Shown here piece by piece: positions 28,617 through 38,200 of a stretch of DNA of 64,000 nt (position 1 is the first letter of the stretch; each line of letters opens with the position of its first letter). Both the position numbers and the translations under genes were made by a program. The notes under the pieces are model-generated. The model made no database searches, had not been told where the DNA came from, and worked only from the letters and a program-made list of their open reading frames with translations. The DNA comes from an uncultured Acidobacteriota bacterium (GTDB taxonomy: Bacteria > Acidobacteriota > Thermoanaerobaculia > Gp7-AA8). The stretch spans positions 704,001-768,000 of the forward strand of contig CAVUKB010000007.1 in assembly GCA_963741955.1 (NCBI GenBank), in the 5' to 3' direction.

Positions 28617-29663
28617 TCAGATCGGCTCGCTTCCGATGGCGACCCGCACGTCGTCGGGTTGCACGGTGATGCGCTCGCCGGCGCGCTCGGGTCCCTGGAA
28701 GAGGATCGGATGAAGGACCCGTTCGATGATCGCGCGGAGTCCGCGGGCGCCGAGCTTCTGTCGCAGCGCCATCCGGGCGATCTCGTAAAGAGCTTCCGGT
28801 GAGAACTCGAGCTGGATCTGATCGAGGGCGCAGAGCCGCTGGTACTCGGGGATCAGCGCCTCCCGCGGCTCGGTGAGAATGGTCACCAGGTCGTCCGCGG
28901 TGAGGGCATCCAGCTCGACCCGGACAGGGATCCGGCCGAGGAGCTCGGGGAGGAAGCCGTATCGGATGAGCTGCTCGGTGGTGAGCGCCTGACGTTTCCG
29001 CTCTTCTTCGCTGAAGAAGCCGACCGAGTGTCCTTCGTCCGACTCGTCGAAATCGGAGAACGCGCCGGCACAGACGAAGAGGACGTTCGAGATGTCGATC
29101 TCGACGTAGTCGTATTTGTTCCAGTGCGCGGTGACGTTGAGTGGAACGAAGAGCTTGTCTCCTTCCAGAATCTTCAGGAGCGCCTGCTGGACCCCTTCGC
29201 CTCCGATGTCGCGCGTTCCCGCGCCGGTGCGTGCGCCTCCCGAGCGGCGGGCGATCTTGTCGATCTCGTCGATGAAGACGATGCCGTTCTCCGCGGCATC
29301 GACGTTCTGGTTGGTGGAGTAGAGAAGGCGGCCGATCGCCACTTCGACGTCCTCGCCGTAGTAGCCCGCTTCGGTGAATGCGGTCGCGTCGTTGTAGGCG
29401 AAGGGGACATCGAGCACTCTGGCCAGGGTCCGGGCGAGGTAGCTCTTCCCGGAGCCGGTCGGGCCGATCAGGAGGACGTTCGACTTCCGGATGGAGGGAT
29501 CGTTCCCGAACTTGAGGTACTCGATGCGTTTGAGGTGATTGTACGCGGCGATGGCCAGGACTTCCTTGGCCCGCCGCTGCCCGACCACGAACTGGTCGAG
29601 CTGCTCGAAGATCCGCCGCGGCGTGATGTGAAGAAAGCGATAGATATCGCGTTTTTCCTTCAT
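28617..29663 (-). CDS. clpX: ClpX-like AAA+ unfoldase lacking the N-terminal zinc-binding domain
   Basis: KSNVLLIGPTGSGKS, TEAGYYGEDVE, FIDEIDKI, RDIGGEGVQQALLK, VGF loop, GARGLR; no C4 zinc domain. Confidence 0.85.
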   Translation of the reverse strand: MKEKRDIYRFLHITPRRIFEQLDQFVVGQRRAKEVLAIAAYNHLKRIEYLKFGNDPSIRKSNVLLIGPTGSGKSYLARTLARVLDVPFAYNDATAFTEAGYYGEDVEVAIGRLLYSTNQNVDAAENGIVFIDEIDKIARRSGGARTGAGTRDIGGEGVQQALLKILEGDKLFVPLNVTAHWNKYDYVEIDISNVLFVCAGAFSDFDESDEGHSVGFFSEEERKRQALTTEQLIRYGFLPELLGRIPVRVELDALTADDLVTILTEPREALIPEYQRLCALDQIQLEFSPEALYEIARMALRQKLGARGLRAIIERVLHPILFQGPERAGERITVQPDDVRVAIGSEPI

Positions 29664-30041
29664 TCAGCGGCTCTCCGTCGAGTATAGCACGCGCCGCGCA
29701 GCGACCCCGGTGGACGCCCGATCCGCGAGCGCGACGTCACCCGCGGGTCGGCTGAATGCCGCCCCGGCGCAAGTTTTCTTTCACCTTCCCCCTCCCCGCA
29801 ACGTTTCTTGACGCTCGCCATCCGTCGCCCTCGAGGCCGAACTCCAGTCCGTGGAGAGAGTTGCGTCCTCGCCGCCAGGTCGGCCGCTCGCTTGAAGTCT
29901 GCTGTCTGCCGAAAGGAGGTGATGCAGGGGGAAAGCCAAAAGGAAAACGAAGACCAGACAGTCAAGCGGGAAATATCAGCCAATTGGAAACGAACAAGAC
30001 AACAACCAGAAACTCAACGATGTGAAAGAAAGATAGGAGGA

Positions 30042-30419
30042 ATGGCTTTGCGTAAGTCCCACAGTTTCATTGCACTGATCTCCATGCTCCTGATGCTCGG
30101 CGTGAGCACCGCCTTCGCGGCGGATCAGGCACCAGCGCCAGCCAAGGCAGGTGTGGTCAACATCAACACGGCCGATGCCGGCCAGCTCTCTCTTCTTCCG
30201 CGTATCGGGCCGAAGGCCGCACAGCGGATCGTCGACTACCGGAAGGCCAACGGTCCTTTCAAGACGACGACGGACCTGATGCAGGTCAAAGGGATCGGGG
30301 ACAAGACGTTCCAGCTCCTGAGTCCCTACCTCACCACCGATGGCGACACCACGCTGACCGCCAAACAGCACGGGCCGCGGAAGGCGAAATCCTCACCCTC
30401 CACCAAGGCGCAGCAGTAA
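30042..30419 (+). CDS. comEA: ComEA-family helix-hairpin-helix DNA receptor
   Basis: Signal peptide; VNINTA...LPRIGPKAAQRIVDYR..NGPF...L.QVKGIG. Confidence 0.93.
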   Translation: MALRKSHSFIALISMLLMLGVSTAFAADQAPAPAKAGVVNINTADAGQLSLLPRIGPKAAQRIVDYRKANGPFKTTTDLMQVKGIGDKTFQLLSPYLTTDGDTTLTAKQHGPRKAKSSPSTKAQQ

Positions 30420-30536
30420 CGCGCTCCCTTCCCCCGGGGCCGTCCACGGACGGCCCCCCTCCACCTCTTTCCGCAGTCCGGATCGCAGCAGCATCGAAGC
30501 GCCGCCGTCCGGAGTGTCGAACGAGGAGGAAAACAG

Positions 30537-31124
30537 ATGCGAAAACCGAGGGGATTCACGCTGATGGAGCTTCTCACCGTGGTGGCGATCATCGGAATCA
30601 TCGTCGCGGTCGCGGTGCCGGCTTTCGACTCGATGAGGCGGCGGAGCGGCGCCCGTGCCGCGGCCGCGGACATCCGCGCGGTGATTCGCAACGCGCGGAG
30701 CCACGCCATCGCCACCGGAAGGAACACGGCGATCCGGTTCATCGACGCAGGGCCGACCTGGTACTACGCGATCTTCGAAGACTGCAATGGCAACGGAGTC
30801 CGGAACAAAGAGATCGATCGAGGGATCGACCGGTTGATCGCTCCTCCCACGCGGCTGCTTCAGACCACGGATCTGGTGAGAGTCGCGTTTCCCGACTGGC
30901 CCATCCGCGATCCGGACACCCACCGGCTCATTTCGAAGGAGAGCTCTCCGGTCCGGTTCAATCGCTCGCACCTCTGCTCGTTCTCTCTGAACGGCGGCGG
31001 GACGGCAGGGTCGCTCTTCCTGACCGACGGACGCGAAGCCGCTTGGATCGTGCGGGTTTACGGCGCCACCGGAAAAGTCCGTCTGCTTCGATATGACCGG
31101 GCTTCAGGGAGGTGGGTGGAATGA
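30537..31124 (+). CDS. Type IV pilin-like protein (FimT/GspH-type)
   Basis: Class III signal RGFTLMELLTVVAIIG; ARSHAI; C-terminal GATGKVRLLRY. Confidence 0.88.
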   Translation: MRKPRGFTLMELLTVVAIIGIIVAVAVPAFDSMRRRSGARAAAADIRAVIRNARSHAIATGRNTAIRFIDAGPTWYYAIFEDCNGNGVRNKEIDRGIDRLIAPPTRLLQTTDLVRVAFPDWPIRDPDTHRLISKESSPVRFNRSHLCSFSLNGGGTAGSLFLTDGREAAWIVRVYGATGKVRLLRYDRASGRWVE

Positions 31125-31126
31125 GA

Positions 31127-32866
31127 TCAGCGGAGCTCGGGAGCCGGTCTGCGGATCACCAGCTGCTTTGCCTCGTACGTCTGGATCAGCGACAGGCTCC
31201 TCCGGAGGAACGCGTCGTCGAACGCCGCAGTGGCGACGATCCCGTCCATGTCGCGGCCGATCGGAAGGCCCGCTGCGAAAAGGGTGGTCGGAACGACGTC
31301 GACCACCTGGGACGACGGCGGATTCTCCTCGCTTCGGATTCCCGCACCCTCCAGTCTGATGAATCCATCGAAGCTTCCGGGATCCTCGGTGACCAGCAAA
31401 GCCCGGACGAACGAGATCGGGTCCGCCGGAAAGGGAGGAGGATTGAATGCGGAGGGAGAGACGACCACGAAGAGTGCGTCGGGATTCTCTTCGCGGATCT
31501 TTGCGAGCTCGCCGTCGATCAGGTTGACGTAGGCACGCATCGCCCGCCCCGCTGCGGACGAACTGGCCGGGAGAGCGTTGTGGGCGATTCCGATCGTCTG
31601 CGCTGCTTCGGTCAATCCCTCGAGTGCGAGGATGGTGACCGGATCGCGCCGCTGCTCGAGAAGCTTCCTCGTGATGCGCGCGGCAGTCAGATCCTGAGCG
31701 ACCAGGGAAAGGACCTTCTCCTTCCGGACGTGGCCCACTCCATCGAAGCGGGAGGAGGTCGCGGCATCGAGCGACTGCGGCGTCACCCGAAGAGAGCGGG
31801 CTTCTGCCGTCACCGCCGGCGGGCTCCCCTCGTTCGGATCCTGACCATCGATCAGGCGGGTCCCGACTGCTCTGGAGGCACGGATGGGAAGGCTCGCCGC
31901 GGTCGAGGGCCAGTTCACCACAGTCGAGGGAAGTCTCAGGCGCTCGTACATCTGCCAGAGGGGAAGCGAGTCTCCGGAGGGGAGAGAAGCCGAGATCCTC
32001 TCCACCGGGGGAATCAGGCCCCAGGCGCGGAAGCCGACGCCGCTCGGAAGTATCAGATAGCGCTGGTCGGATCCGTTGAGAAGTGTTTCGTACGAGAAGC
32101 GCCCCGTCACGCCGTGCCGGTACGGGAGCTTTCCGGTGATCAGCGAAGCCCAGATCGCCTTCGAACTGGAAGTGCGGAAGGGCTCGATGCGTCCGAAGTA
32201 GACGTCGCCGCGATCCTGCGAAAGAAACGGAACCGTTCCTTCGCCGGCCATGGTCAGGATCCAGTCGTACGGAAGATCCTCGATCGCGACGAAGATCACC
32301 GGTCGCACGTCGCTGACCGAGATGTCCGCGACGACGACCTCCCGCTCGTCGGGTTGGTAGCGGTCGCGTCGCTGATAGAGGAAGAAGGCGGAGATCGCGA
32401 TGAGCGTGCATCCGAGTGCGAAGAGGACATTCGACGTGCGGCGGCTCGCGTTGCGCTCGAAGAGCCAGATCAGGAAGAGGAGGAACGCGGTCACTCCGAG
32501 GATCGTGGTGGCCTTGGAGAGAATGCGGACCGCTCCGGGGGGAAGGTAGATCCGCAAAAGAAAGAGGTGACCCCAGTAGACCAGCGCGGAGATGAAAGCC
32601 GCCGCGACGATGAATCCGAATCCGTGCGGCTTGAACTCCGCGTTCCGGCCGAACAGCCGCACCCGAAGGATGCGGAAGCCGATCAGAATTCCGCCGAACA
32701 GGAGTCCACAGACCACACCGTAAACCAGCGTCACGGTGACCAGCCGCGCGGGTGTGATGTCGATCTGCGGGTTGAGGTAATACAGCAGATGCGCCATGTA
32801 GAGGCCGAAGATGGCGCCTGCGAGGAGTCGCTTCAGGTTACCGGGACGGATCTTCATCCGCTGCAT
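31127..32866 (-). CDS. Membrane protein with C-terminal alkaline phosphatase/phosphodiesterase-superfamily domain
   Basis: About 5 N-terminal TM helices; WASLITGKLPYRHGV, VDVVPTTLFAAGLP...MDG. Confidence 0.75.
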   Translation of the reverse strand: MQRMKIRPGNLKRLLAGAIFGLYMAHLLYYLNPQIDITPARLVTVTLVYGVVCGLLFGGILIGFRILRVRLFGRNAEFKPHGFGFIVAAAFISALVYWGHLFLLRIYLPPGAVRILSKATTILGVTAFLLFLIWLFERNASRRTSNVLFALGCTLIAISAFFLYQRRDRYQPDEREVVVADISVSDVRPVIFVAIEDLPYDWILTMAGEGTVPFLSQDRGDVYFGRIEPFRTSSSKAIWASLITGKLPYRHGVTGRFSYETLLNGSDQRYLILPSGVGFRAWGLIPPVERISASLPSGDSLPLWQMYERLRLPSTVVNWPSTAASLPIRASRAVGTRLIDGQDPNEGSPPAVTAEARSLRVTPQSLDAATSSRFDGVGHVRKEKVLSLVAQDLTAARITRKLLEQRRDPVTILALEGLTEAAQTIGIAHNALPASSSAAGRAMRAYVNLIDGELAKIREENPDALFVVVSPSAFNPPPFPADPISFVRALLVTEDPGSFDGFIRLEGAGIRSEENPPSSQVVDVVPTTLFAAGLPIGRDMDGIVATAAFDDAFLRRSLSLIQTYEAKQLVIRRPAPELR

Positions 32867-32907
32867 AGTCTACCCGCTGTCCCTTCTGCGGGACGGGGGA
32901 ACGAGGG

Positions 32908-35900
32908 GTGGCGATGATCACGGCCGAAAAGGTCCGCTCCTGTCGGGGAACGCGCGAAGTCGCGGCTCTCTTCCGCGAGCTCGGTTATCCGATCCGGCTC
33001 CAGCCGCTCGATCCCGCTGCGTGGAGGGCGCTCTGGGTCACTCCGCCTGCCGGTCTGCGGGTGAGTCACGCCTGCGGATTCCCGGGATTCGATCTCTACT
33101 TCGTGGAGGGGTCGGGTGAGGACGCTCCGCGATTCGCAGCCGAGATGGTCGGTCGTTTCGCACATCGAAACCGCATTCACAAGACGGTCATCGTCTACAT
33201 CGATGATCGCAGCGACCGCTTTTCGCTTTTCGGTCAGAACTCCCGCGGTCGACTTCGGAGGATCGATTTCCATCCCGACGAATCTCCCTCCGCCATTGCG
33301 GACCGGTTGAACCTCCTGGCCGTCCCGCCGGCCGACGCTGCCTCCGAGCTGCCCCGGATCTTCGATCGGATGATGGACCGGGAAGAGGTCACGGCCCGCT
33401 TCTTCGCCGCGTTCCGGCGCATGGTGGAGAGGCTGACCAGAGCGCTCCGGCTCCGGTGCCCGGGTGAGACGAACGAAGCCGTGGCGGACGAAGCGCTACT
33501 GATTCTTTCGCGGATTCTCTTTCTCTACTTCGTTCAGCAGAAAGGATGGCTGGACGAACGCGGGAGCTTTCTGGTCGACGCTCTGCATTCGGCGATGGCG
33601 GCCGGCACGGAGTTCTACTCCACGGTCCTGGTCCCGCTCTTCTTCGAATGTCTGAACACCCCGCTCGAGGATCGCTCGAGCCGCGCATGCGGGCTCGGAC
33701 GCATCCCGTATCTCAACGGCGGACTCTTCGAACCGTCGCCGTTCGAGCTGCGCAACCGTTCCCTCTCGATTCCGGACGAACTGTTCGTCGATGCCATCGA
33801 AGGGGTGTTCGAGCGGTTCAGCTTCACCATCGAGGAAACCGCTCCCGGAGACGGGAGAATCGATCCGGAGATGCTCGGGCGGGTCTTCGAATCGCTGATG
33901 GAAGGGGCGGAGCGGCTGACCAGCGGGAGCTATTACACTCCGCGTCCGATCGTCGACGCACTGGTGGAGCGCTCGATCGTGGAGTGGCTCTCCGAGGGTG
34001 ACGAGAGCCTGGGTGAAGTTCTGAAGTCGATGCTCGCGGGCGACGTCTGTATGGTCGGCTACGAGCTCGCAGTCGGAGCGCTTGCACGGTTGCGACGGAT
34101 TACGTTGCTCGATCCGGCTTGCGGGTCCGGCGCGTTTCTCCTCTCTGCGCTCTCGGTGATCGAGCGGCTCGTGCGCGCTCTCTCCGCGACCGTAGAGCAA
34201 CCCGTGCCGCCGGAGCTGCGGCGGTCGATCGTGGAGCAGTCGCTCTTCGGAGTCGATCTGAAGAGCCAGGCGGTCCGGCTGTGCGAGCTGCGGCTCTGGC
34301 TCGCGATCGTCGCCGGAACCGATTCCCCGATCGAGAAGGTTCGCCCTCTTCCGAATCTCGACCGGAACATCCGGCAGGGGAACTCACTCCTGAGCCCTCT
34401 CGACTTTCTCGGTGACGCGCGTCGGGAGATCTACCGCGAGTGGTCGTACGCGCTCCGTGCCCAGCGCGAGCTCCTTCTCCGCTACCGTCATGCGCTTCCG
34501 GAGCAGAAGCCGGATCTCGCGAGAATGCTGCGCAGCTGGGATCTCGACCTGGCGAAGGCCCTTCTGCGGAAAGCGGTGGAACGTGATGAAGAGGAGCTCG
34601 CGGCACTCTCCGCTCCTGGACCCGACCTCTTCGGAAATGAGCGGAAGGAGAACAGCTGCGAGAAGAACGCGCTGCTCGCCCGTCTGGACGAGAACCGGCG
34701 CGGGCTGGAGCGCGTCGAGCGGGGAGACCTCTGGTTCTTCTCCTTCGAGCTCCACTTCGCTCCGATCATGGCTGCCGGCGGATTCGACGTGGTGGCGGGC
34801 AATCCTCCCTGGGTGAGGAACAGCCGGATTCCACGCAACGAGAAGCGCTTCTACTCGGAACGATATCGATTCTTCCGACCCTCTCCCGGTCAGCGCGGCT
34901 TCGACCAGACGGATCTGGCGGTGGCATTCGTCGAACGCTCTCTCTCGCTCGCCGCACGCGACGGCGTCGTCTCGCTGCTCGTCCCCTCGAAGGTCCTCGG
35001 CGCCGGCTACGCCGCCGGGATGCGCGCCGTGCTCGCGCGCGATCATTCCATCGTCGCGATCGACGACTGGAGCGCCGATGCGCAGAAGCACTTCGGCGCC
35101 GACACGTTCCCGCTCGGGATCACCGTGCGTACCGCTCCGGGTCCTCATCAGGTCGAGCTCACGTCCGGAGGAGTGCGGGAGCGCATCGACCAGAGCGATC
35201 TCACCATCGAAGGAGGAGAGAGCGCGTGGGTGCTTCTCCCTTCAGCGGTCCGGAAGCTCGCAGTCCGGATCGGCTCCGCTCACTCTCCGATGCGCGAGGT
35301 GCTCCTCCGGAGCCCGGTGATGGGTATCAAGACCGGCGCGAACCGTACGTTCTTTCTGGAGGGGATCGAGATCACTGCGGAAGGACTTCTCCATCGGCCA
35401 TCGAACGTGGTGATCCCTCGCTCGGGGATCGTCCGCTGCGTTCGGGGGCGTGACGTGCGGCGGTGGAAAGCGATGCATTCGACGTGGATGCTCTGGCCTC
35501 CTGCCGAGGGTTGGCCCGACCCCCTCCCGGAATGGATCTCGCGGCTGGGCGAATGGCTCGAGGCCGATCCCCGCTCCCTTCGTCTCGCGTTCGTCCGCCC
35601 GGAGCACATCGGAATCAAGGTCGCATGGCGCGACGTGTCGAGAGGGATGAACGCCGCGGTGCTGCCGGACGTCTCGTCGATCGGAGAGTCGGAGTTTCTC
35701 GTCGTGCCGAACCAGACTCTCTATTCGATCGACGCTTCGAATCTCGAAGAGGCGTACTTCATATCCGCGATTCTGAACTCGAGCGTGTTCGGTGCGCTTG
35801 CAGTGTCGCGAGCCGAGCGCGCGAAGGATTTCCACTTCCGCTATTTCGGCTCGATGATCGGGACGATTCCGATTCCCCGCGTTCCGTCGGGCGACGCGAA

Positions 35901-36057
35901 CTTCTCGGCGCTGGTCCGTCTTGCCCGTCAGGCCCATCGCGGAACGGATGTCGATGCGGACGTCGATGCTCTCGTGGCCCGTCTCTACGGGATCGAGGAG
36001 AGGGAACAGCGGACGCTCGAGCGGTACCTGCAGGAGCGGCTGCGGACGGGCGCGTGA
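32908..36057 (+). CDS. Large N6-adenine DNA methyltransferase (Eco57I/type IIG/PglX-like) with C-terminal target recognition region
   Basis: PYLNGGLF, IDPEMLGRVFE, GSYYTP, motif I LDPACGSGAF, motif IV GNPPW, TaqI-C-like tail (AWRD...NQTLY...AILNS). Confidence 0.9.
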   Translation: MAMITAEKVRSCRGTREVAALFRELGYPIRLQPLDPAAWRALWVTPPAGLRVSHACGFPGFDLYFVEGSGEDAPRFAAEMVGRFAHRNRIHKTVIVYIDDRSDRFSLFGQNSRGRLRRIDFHPDESPSAIADRLNLLAVPPADAASELPRIFDRMMDREEVTARFFAAFRRMVERLTRALRLRCPGETNEAVADEALLILSRILFLYFVQQKGWLDERGSFLVDALHSAMAAGTEFYSTVLVPLFFECLNTPLEDRSSRACGLGRIPYLNGGLFEPSPFELRNRSLSIPDELFVDAIEGVFERFSFTIEETAPGDGRIDPEMLGRVFESLMEGAERLTSGSYYTPRPIVDALVERSIVEWLSEGDESLGEVLKSMLAGDVCMVGYELAVGALARLRRITLLDPACGSGAFLLSALSVIERLVRALSATVEQPVPPELRRSIVEQSLFGVDLKSQAVRLCELRLWLAIVAGTDSPIEKVRPLPNLDRNIRQGNSLLSPLDFLGDARREIYREWSYALRAQRELLLRYRHALPEQKPDLARMLRSWDLDLAKALLRKAVERDEEELAALSAPGPDLFGNERKENSCEKNALLARLDENRRGLERVERGDLWFFSFELHFAPIMAAGGFDVVAGNPPWVRNSRIPRNEKRFYSERYRFFRPSPGQRGFDQTDLAVAFVERSLSLAARDGVVSLLVPSKVLGAGYAAGMRAVLARDHSIVAIDDWSADAQKHFGADTFPLGITVRTAPGPHQVELTSGGVRERIDQSDLTIEGGESAWVLLPSAVRKLAVRIGSAHSPMREVLLRSPVMGIKTGANRTFFLEGIEITAEGLLHRPSNVVIPRSGIVRCVRGRDVRRWKAMHSTWMLWPPAEGWPDPLPEWISRLGEWLEADPRSLRLAFVRPEHIGIKVAWRDVSRGMNAAVLPDVSSIGESEFLVVPNQTLYSIDASNLEEAYFISAILNSSVFGALAVSRAERAKDFHFRYFGSMIGTIPIPRVPSGDANFSALVRLARQAHRGTDVDADVDALVARLYGIEEREQRTLERYLQERLRTGA

Positions 36058-38105
36058 AGAACGGCGTGAAGAATGGCGAGGAGCTCGCGTCCGTTCTGGA
36101 GCGGTTTCGAGCCGTGAACCCGCCGGGCGATCCGCGGCTCGCGCCTCACCAGCAGTCGGGTGCAGCGCGGGTGCTCGCCCTCCTCCGGTCGTTCGGCGGA
36201 GCGATCCTCGCCGACCTCACCGGGACCGGGAAATCATGGACCGCCGCTGCGGTTGCGAAGCGACTCGCGGAGCGCGGCTTTGCGATCGAGCTGCTCGTCC
36301 CGGCCGCATTGATCCCGCAGTGGAAGGACGTCCTTTCACGTTTCGAGCTTCCGGAGGCGGCGCTCCTCTCGCACGAATCGATCCATCGCCGGGACGCGAG
36401 GATTCCGATTCCCGGCGAGGAGAGGTTTCTGGTCGTGGACGAAGCGCACCGTTTTCGAAATCCGGCGACGCAGCGATACGACGCACTGCAGCGCCGCTCC
36501 ATCGGATGCCGGCTGCTGCTGATGACGGCGACCCCACTCTGCAACCGGCTCGGCGACCTTCACGCGCTGGTGCGTCTGCTGGTTTCCGATTCTCTTCTCG
36601 CCGCGATCGGGATTCCGTCCATCGATGAAGCATTCGCGTCCGCGGATCGAGCTGCGGTCCGGACGATCTTCGAGCTGCTGGCCGTCCGCCGCGGAAGAGA
36701 GTCGCTGGAGGGGGCGGTCGCGCTGCCGGGACTGGCGCGCGAGACCGTCCGAATCCCGATCGCTGCGGATGCTGCGCGGCTCCTGCGCATGGTCGACGGT
36801 CTCGAGCTCCCGATGCTGCGAAACGAGACGGATCGCATCCTGGTGCGGCGTTTCCTCCGTCGACGCTTCGATTCGAGTCCGGCCGCGTTCCGCGATTCGG
36901 TACGCCGGCAGGCGCGGTTCTACCGCCGCGTTCTGGAGATGACGCTCCGCGGTGCGGGAGGCAACCGGCGCCGCTTTCGCGACGTCTTCGGATCCGGCGC
37001 GGCGGAGCTCTTCCAGGATCTTCTCTTTCCGGAGCTCTGGTTCGGGGAGGCGGGAGAGCAGGATCTCGACGTCGACGCGCTGCGGAGAGATCTCCGGATT
37101 CTCGATCGTCTTTCGACTCTCGAGGATGAAACGAAGATCACGCGGCTGCAGGAGATCCTCCTCACTTCCGGTCCCGATCCGGTGCTCGTCTACACCGGCT
37201 CCGTCGCGACGGCCGCCGAGCTCTTCGAGCGGCTCCGGGGAGGGCGGCGGAGCGGAATCGTGACGTCGCATCGCTCCGCGCTCGGAGCACTCCGGGTGCG
37301 CGATCCTGCTGCAGTCTTCACCGCGCTCCAGCGCGGCGAGCTCGATCTCCTGATTCTCACCGATCTCGGCGCTGAGGGATTGAACCTGCAGCGTGCCGCC
37401 CTGGTGGTTCACTATGACCTCCCCTGGAATCCGATGCGACTCGAGCAGCGGAACGGCCGGATCTGCAGGATCGGTCAGAGCCGGCCGCGGGTTCGCGCGG
37501 TGTACTTCATCCCGGACGACTTTCGCAGCTCGCCCGAGTTCGGTGCGATTGCGCGGAAGGAACGCCTGCGGAGCGTGATGGGGAGGAAGGGGGATGTGGC
37601 ATTGCGGGAGCCTGCCGAGCCGCCGCTCCGTGGATCGTTCGCCGCGGACTCGAACCGCCGGGTCGCTCTCGTTGCTTGTGATCTGGGGGACGGCGTACGT
37701 GCGGTCGGGCTCTTCCGCGATGGGATGATCGACTTTTCCGTCCCGGCAGTCGCTGCATCGCTGGACGATCTGCGGATGAAGCGCGAACCGTTCTCTCCGC
37801 TCGCTGCCGAAGCAGATTGTCTCGAGATCGGAGTCCGCACACACCTCGCTCTTCCTCCGTGGCTGCCGCCCGGCGCACCGCAGCAGATGCTCGCGAGACG
37901 GTGCAGAGGAGCGCGCGGAGGACGGCCGCTGTTGCCGCTTCTGGCCATGCGTCACCGGGCCGGAGTCGAGGCGCTGATCCGGGAAATGGCCTCCGAGATC
38001 ATCGACCGGGACCGCCTGACGTGGTTGAGAGAGATCATGGTGTGGGAGCAGTCGATCTCCCCACCGCGAGCGGATCTGAGGATCTTGGTGGTGATCTGGC
38101 TCTGA
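36054..38105 (+). CDS. SNF2-family (SF2) helicase/translocase
   Basis: GTG start overlaps the MTase stop (GTGA); ILADLTGTGKS, VVDEAH, MTATP, AEGLNLQ, DLPWNPMRLEQRNGRICRIGQ. Confidence 0.9.
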   Translation: MKNGVKNGEELASVLERFRAVNPPGDPRLAPHQQSGAARVLALLRSFGGAILADLTGTGKSWTAAAVAKRLAERGFAIELLVPAALIPQWKDVLSRFELPEAALLSHESIHRRDARIPIPGEERFLVVDEAHRFRNPATQRYDALQRRSIGCRLLLMTATPLCNRLGDLHALVRLLVSDSLLAAIGIPSIDEAFASADRAAVRTIFELLAVRRGRESLEGAVALPGLARETVRIPIAADAARLLRMVDGLELPMLRNETDRILVRRFLRRRFDSSPAAFRDSVRRQARFYRRVLEMTLRGAGGNRRRFRDVFGSGAAELFQDLLFPELWFGEAGEQDLDVDALRRDLRILDRLSTLEDETKITRLQEILLTSGPDPVLVYTGSVATAAELFERLRGGRRSGIVTSHRSALGALRVRDPAAVFTALQRGELDLLILTDLGAEGLNLQRAALVVHYDLPWNPMRLEQRNGRICRIGQSRPRVRAVYFIPDDFRSSPEFGAIARKERLRSVMGRKGDVALREPAEPPLRGSFAADSNRRVALVACDLGDGVRAVGLFRDGMIDFSVPAVAASLDDLRMKREPFSPLAAEADCLEIGVRTHLALPPWLPPGAPQQMLARRCRGARGGRPLLPLLAMRHRAGVEALIREMASEIIDRDRLTWLREIMVWEQSISPPRADLRILVVIWL

Positions 38106-38200
38106 GCCGGCAGGATCCGAAGGAAGCATTCGCCCGGTCCAACGGTTCCCTGATCGTGGAAGCCTCTGCCGGAGGCTCTATAATCGGCCCACGGAAGACC

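Noticed and set aside
29661-29758. Inverted CATTCAGC/GCTGAATG that could sequester the clpX start codon
   Set aside because: Only 8 bp, and a TATACT -10 at 29681-29686 implies the transcript starts downstream of the partner arm.
29912-29927. 16S rRNA fragment
   Set aside because: Only about 16 nt resemble the 16S 3'-end complement; flanks are unrelated to rRNA.
32908-38105. Complete DISARM or BREX system
   Set aside because: Core partners (drmA/drmB/drmC; brxC/pglZ) are absent from the neighbourhood.
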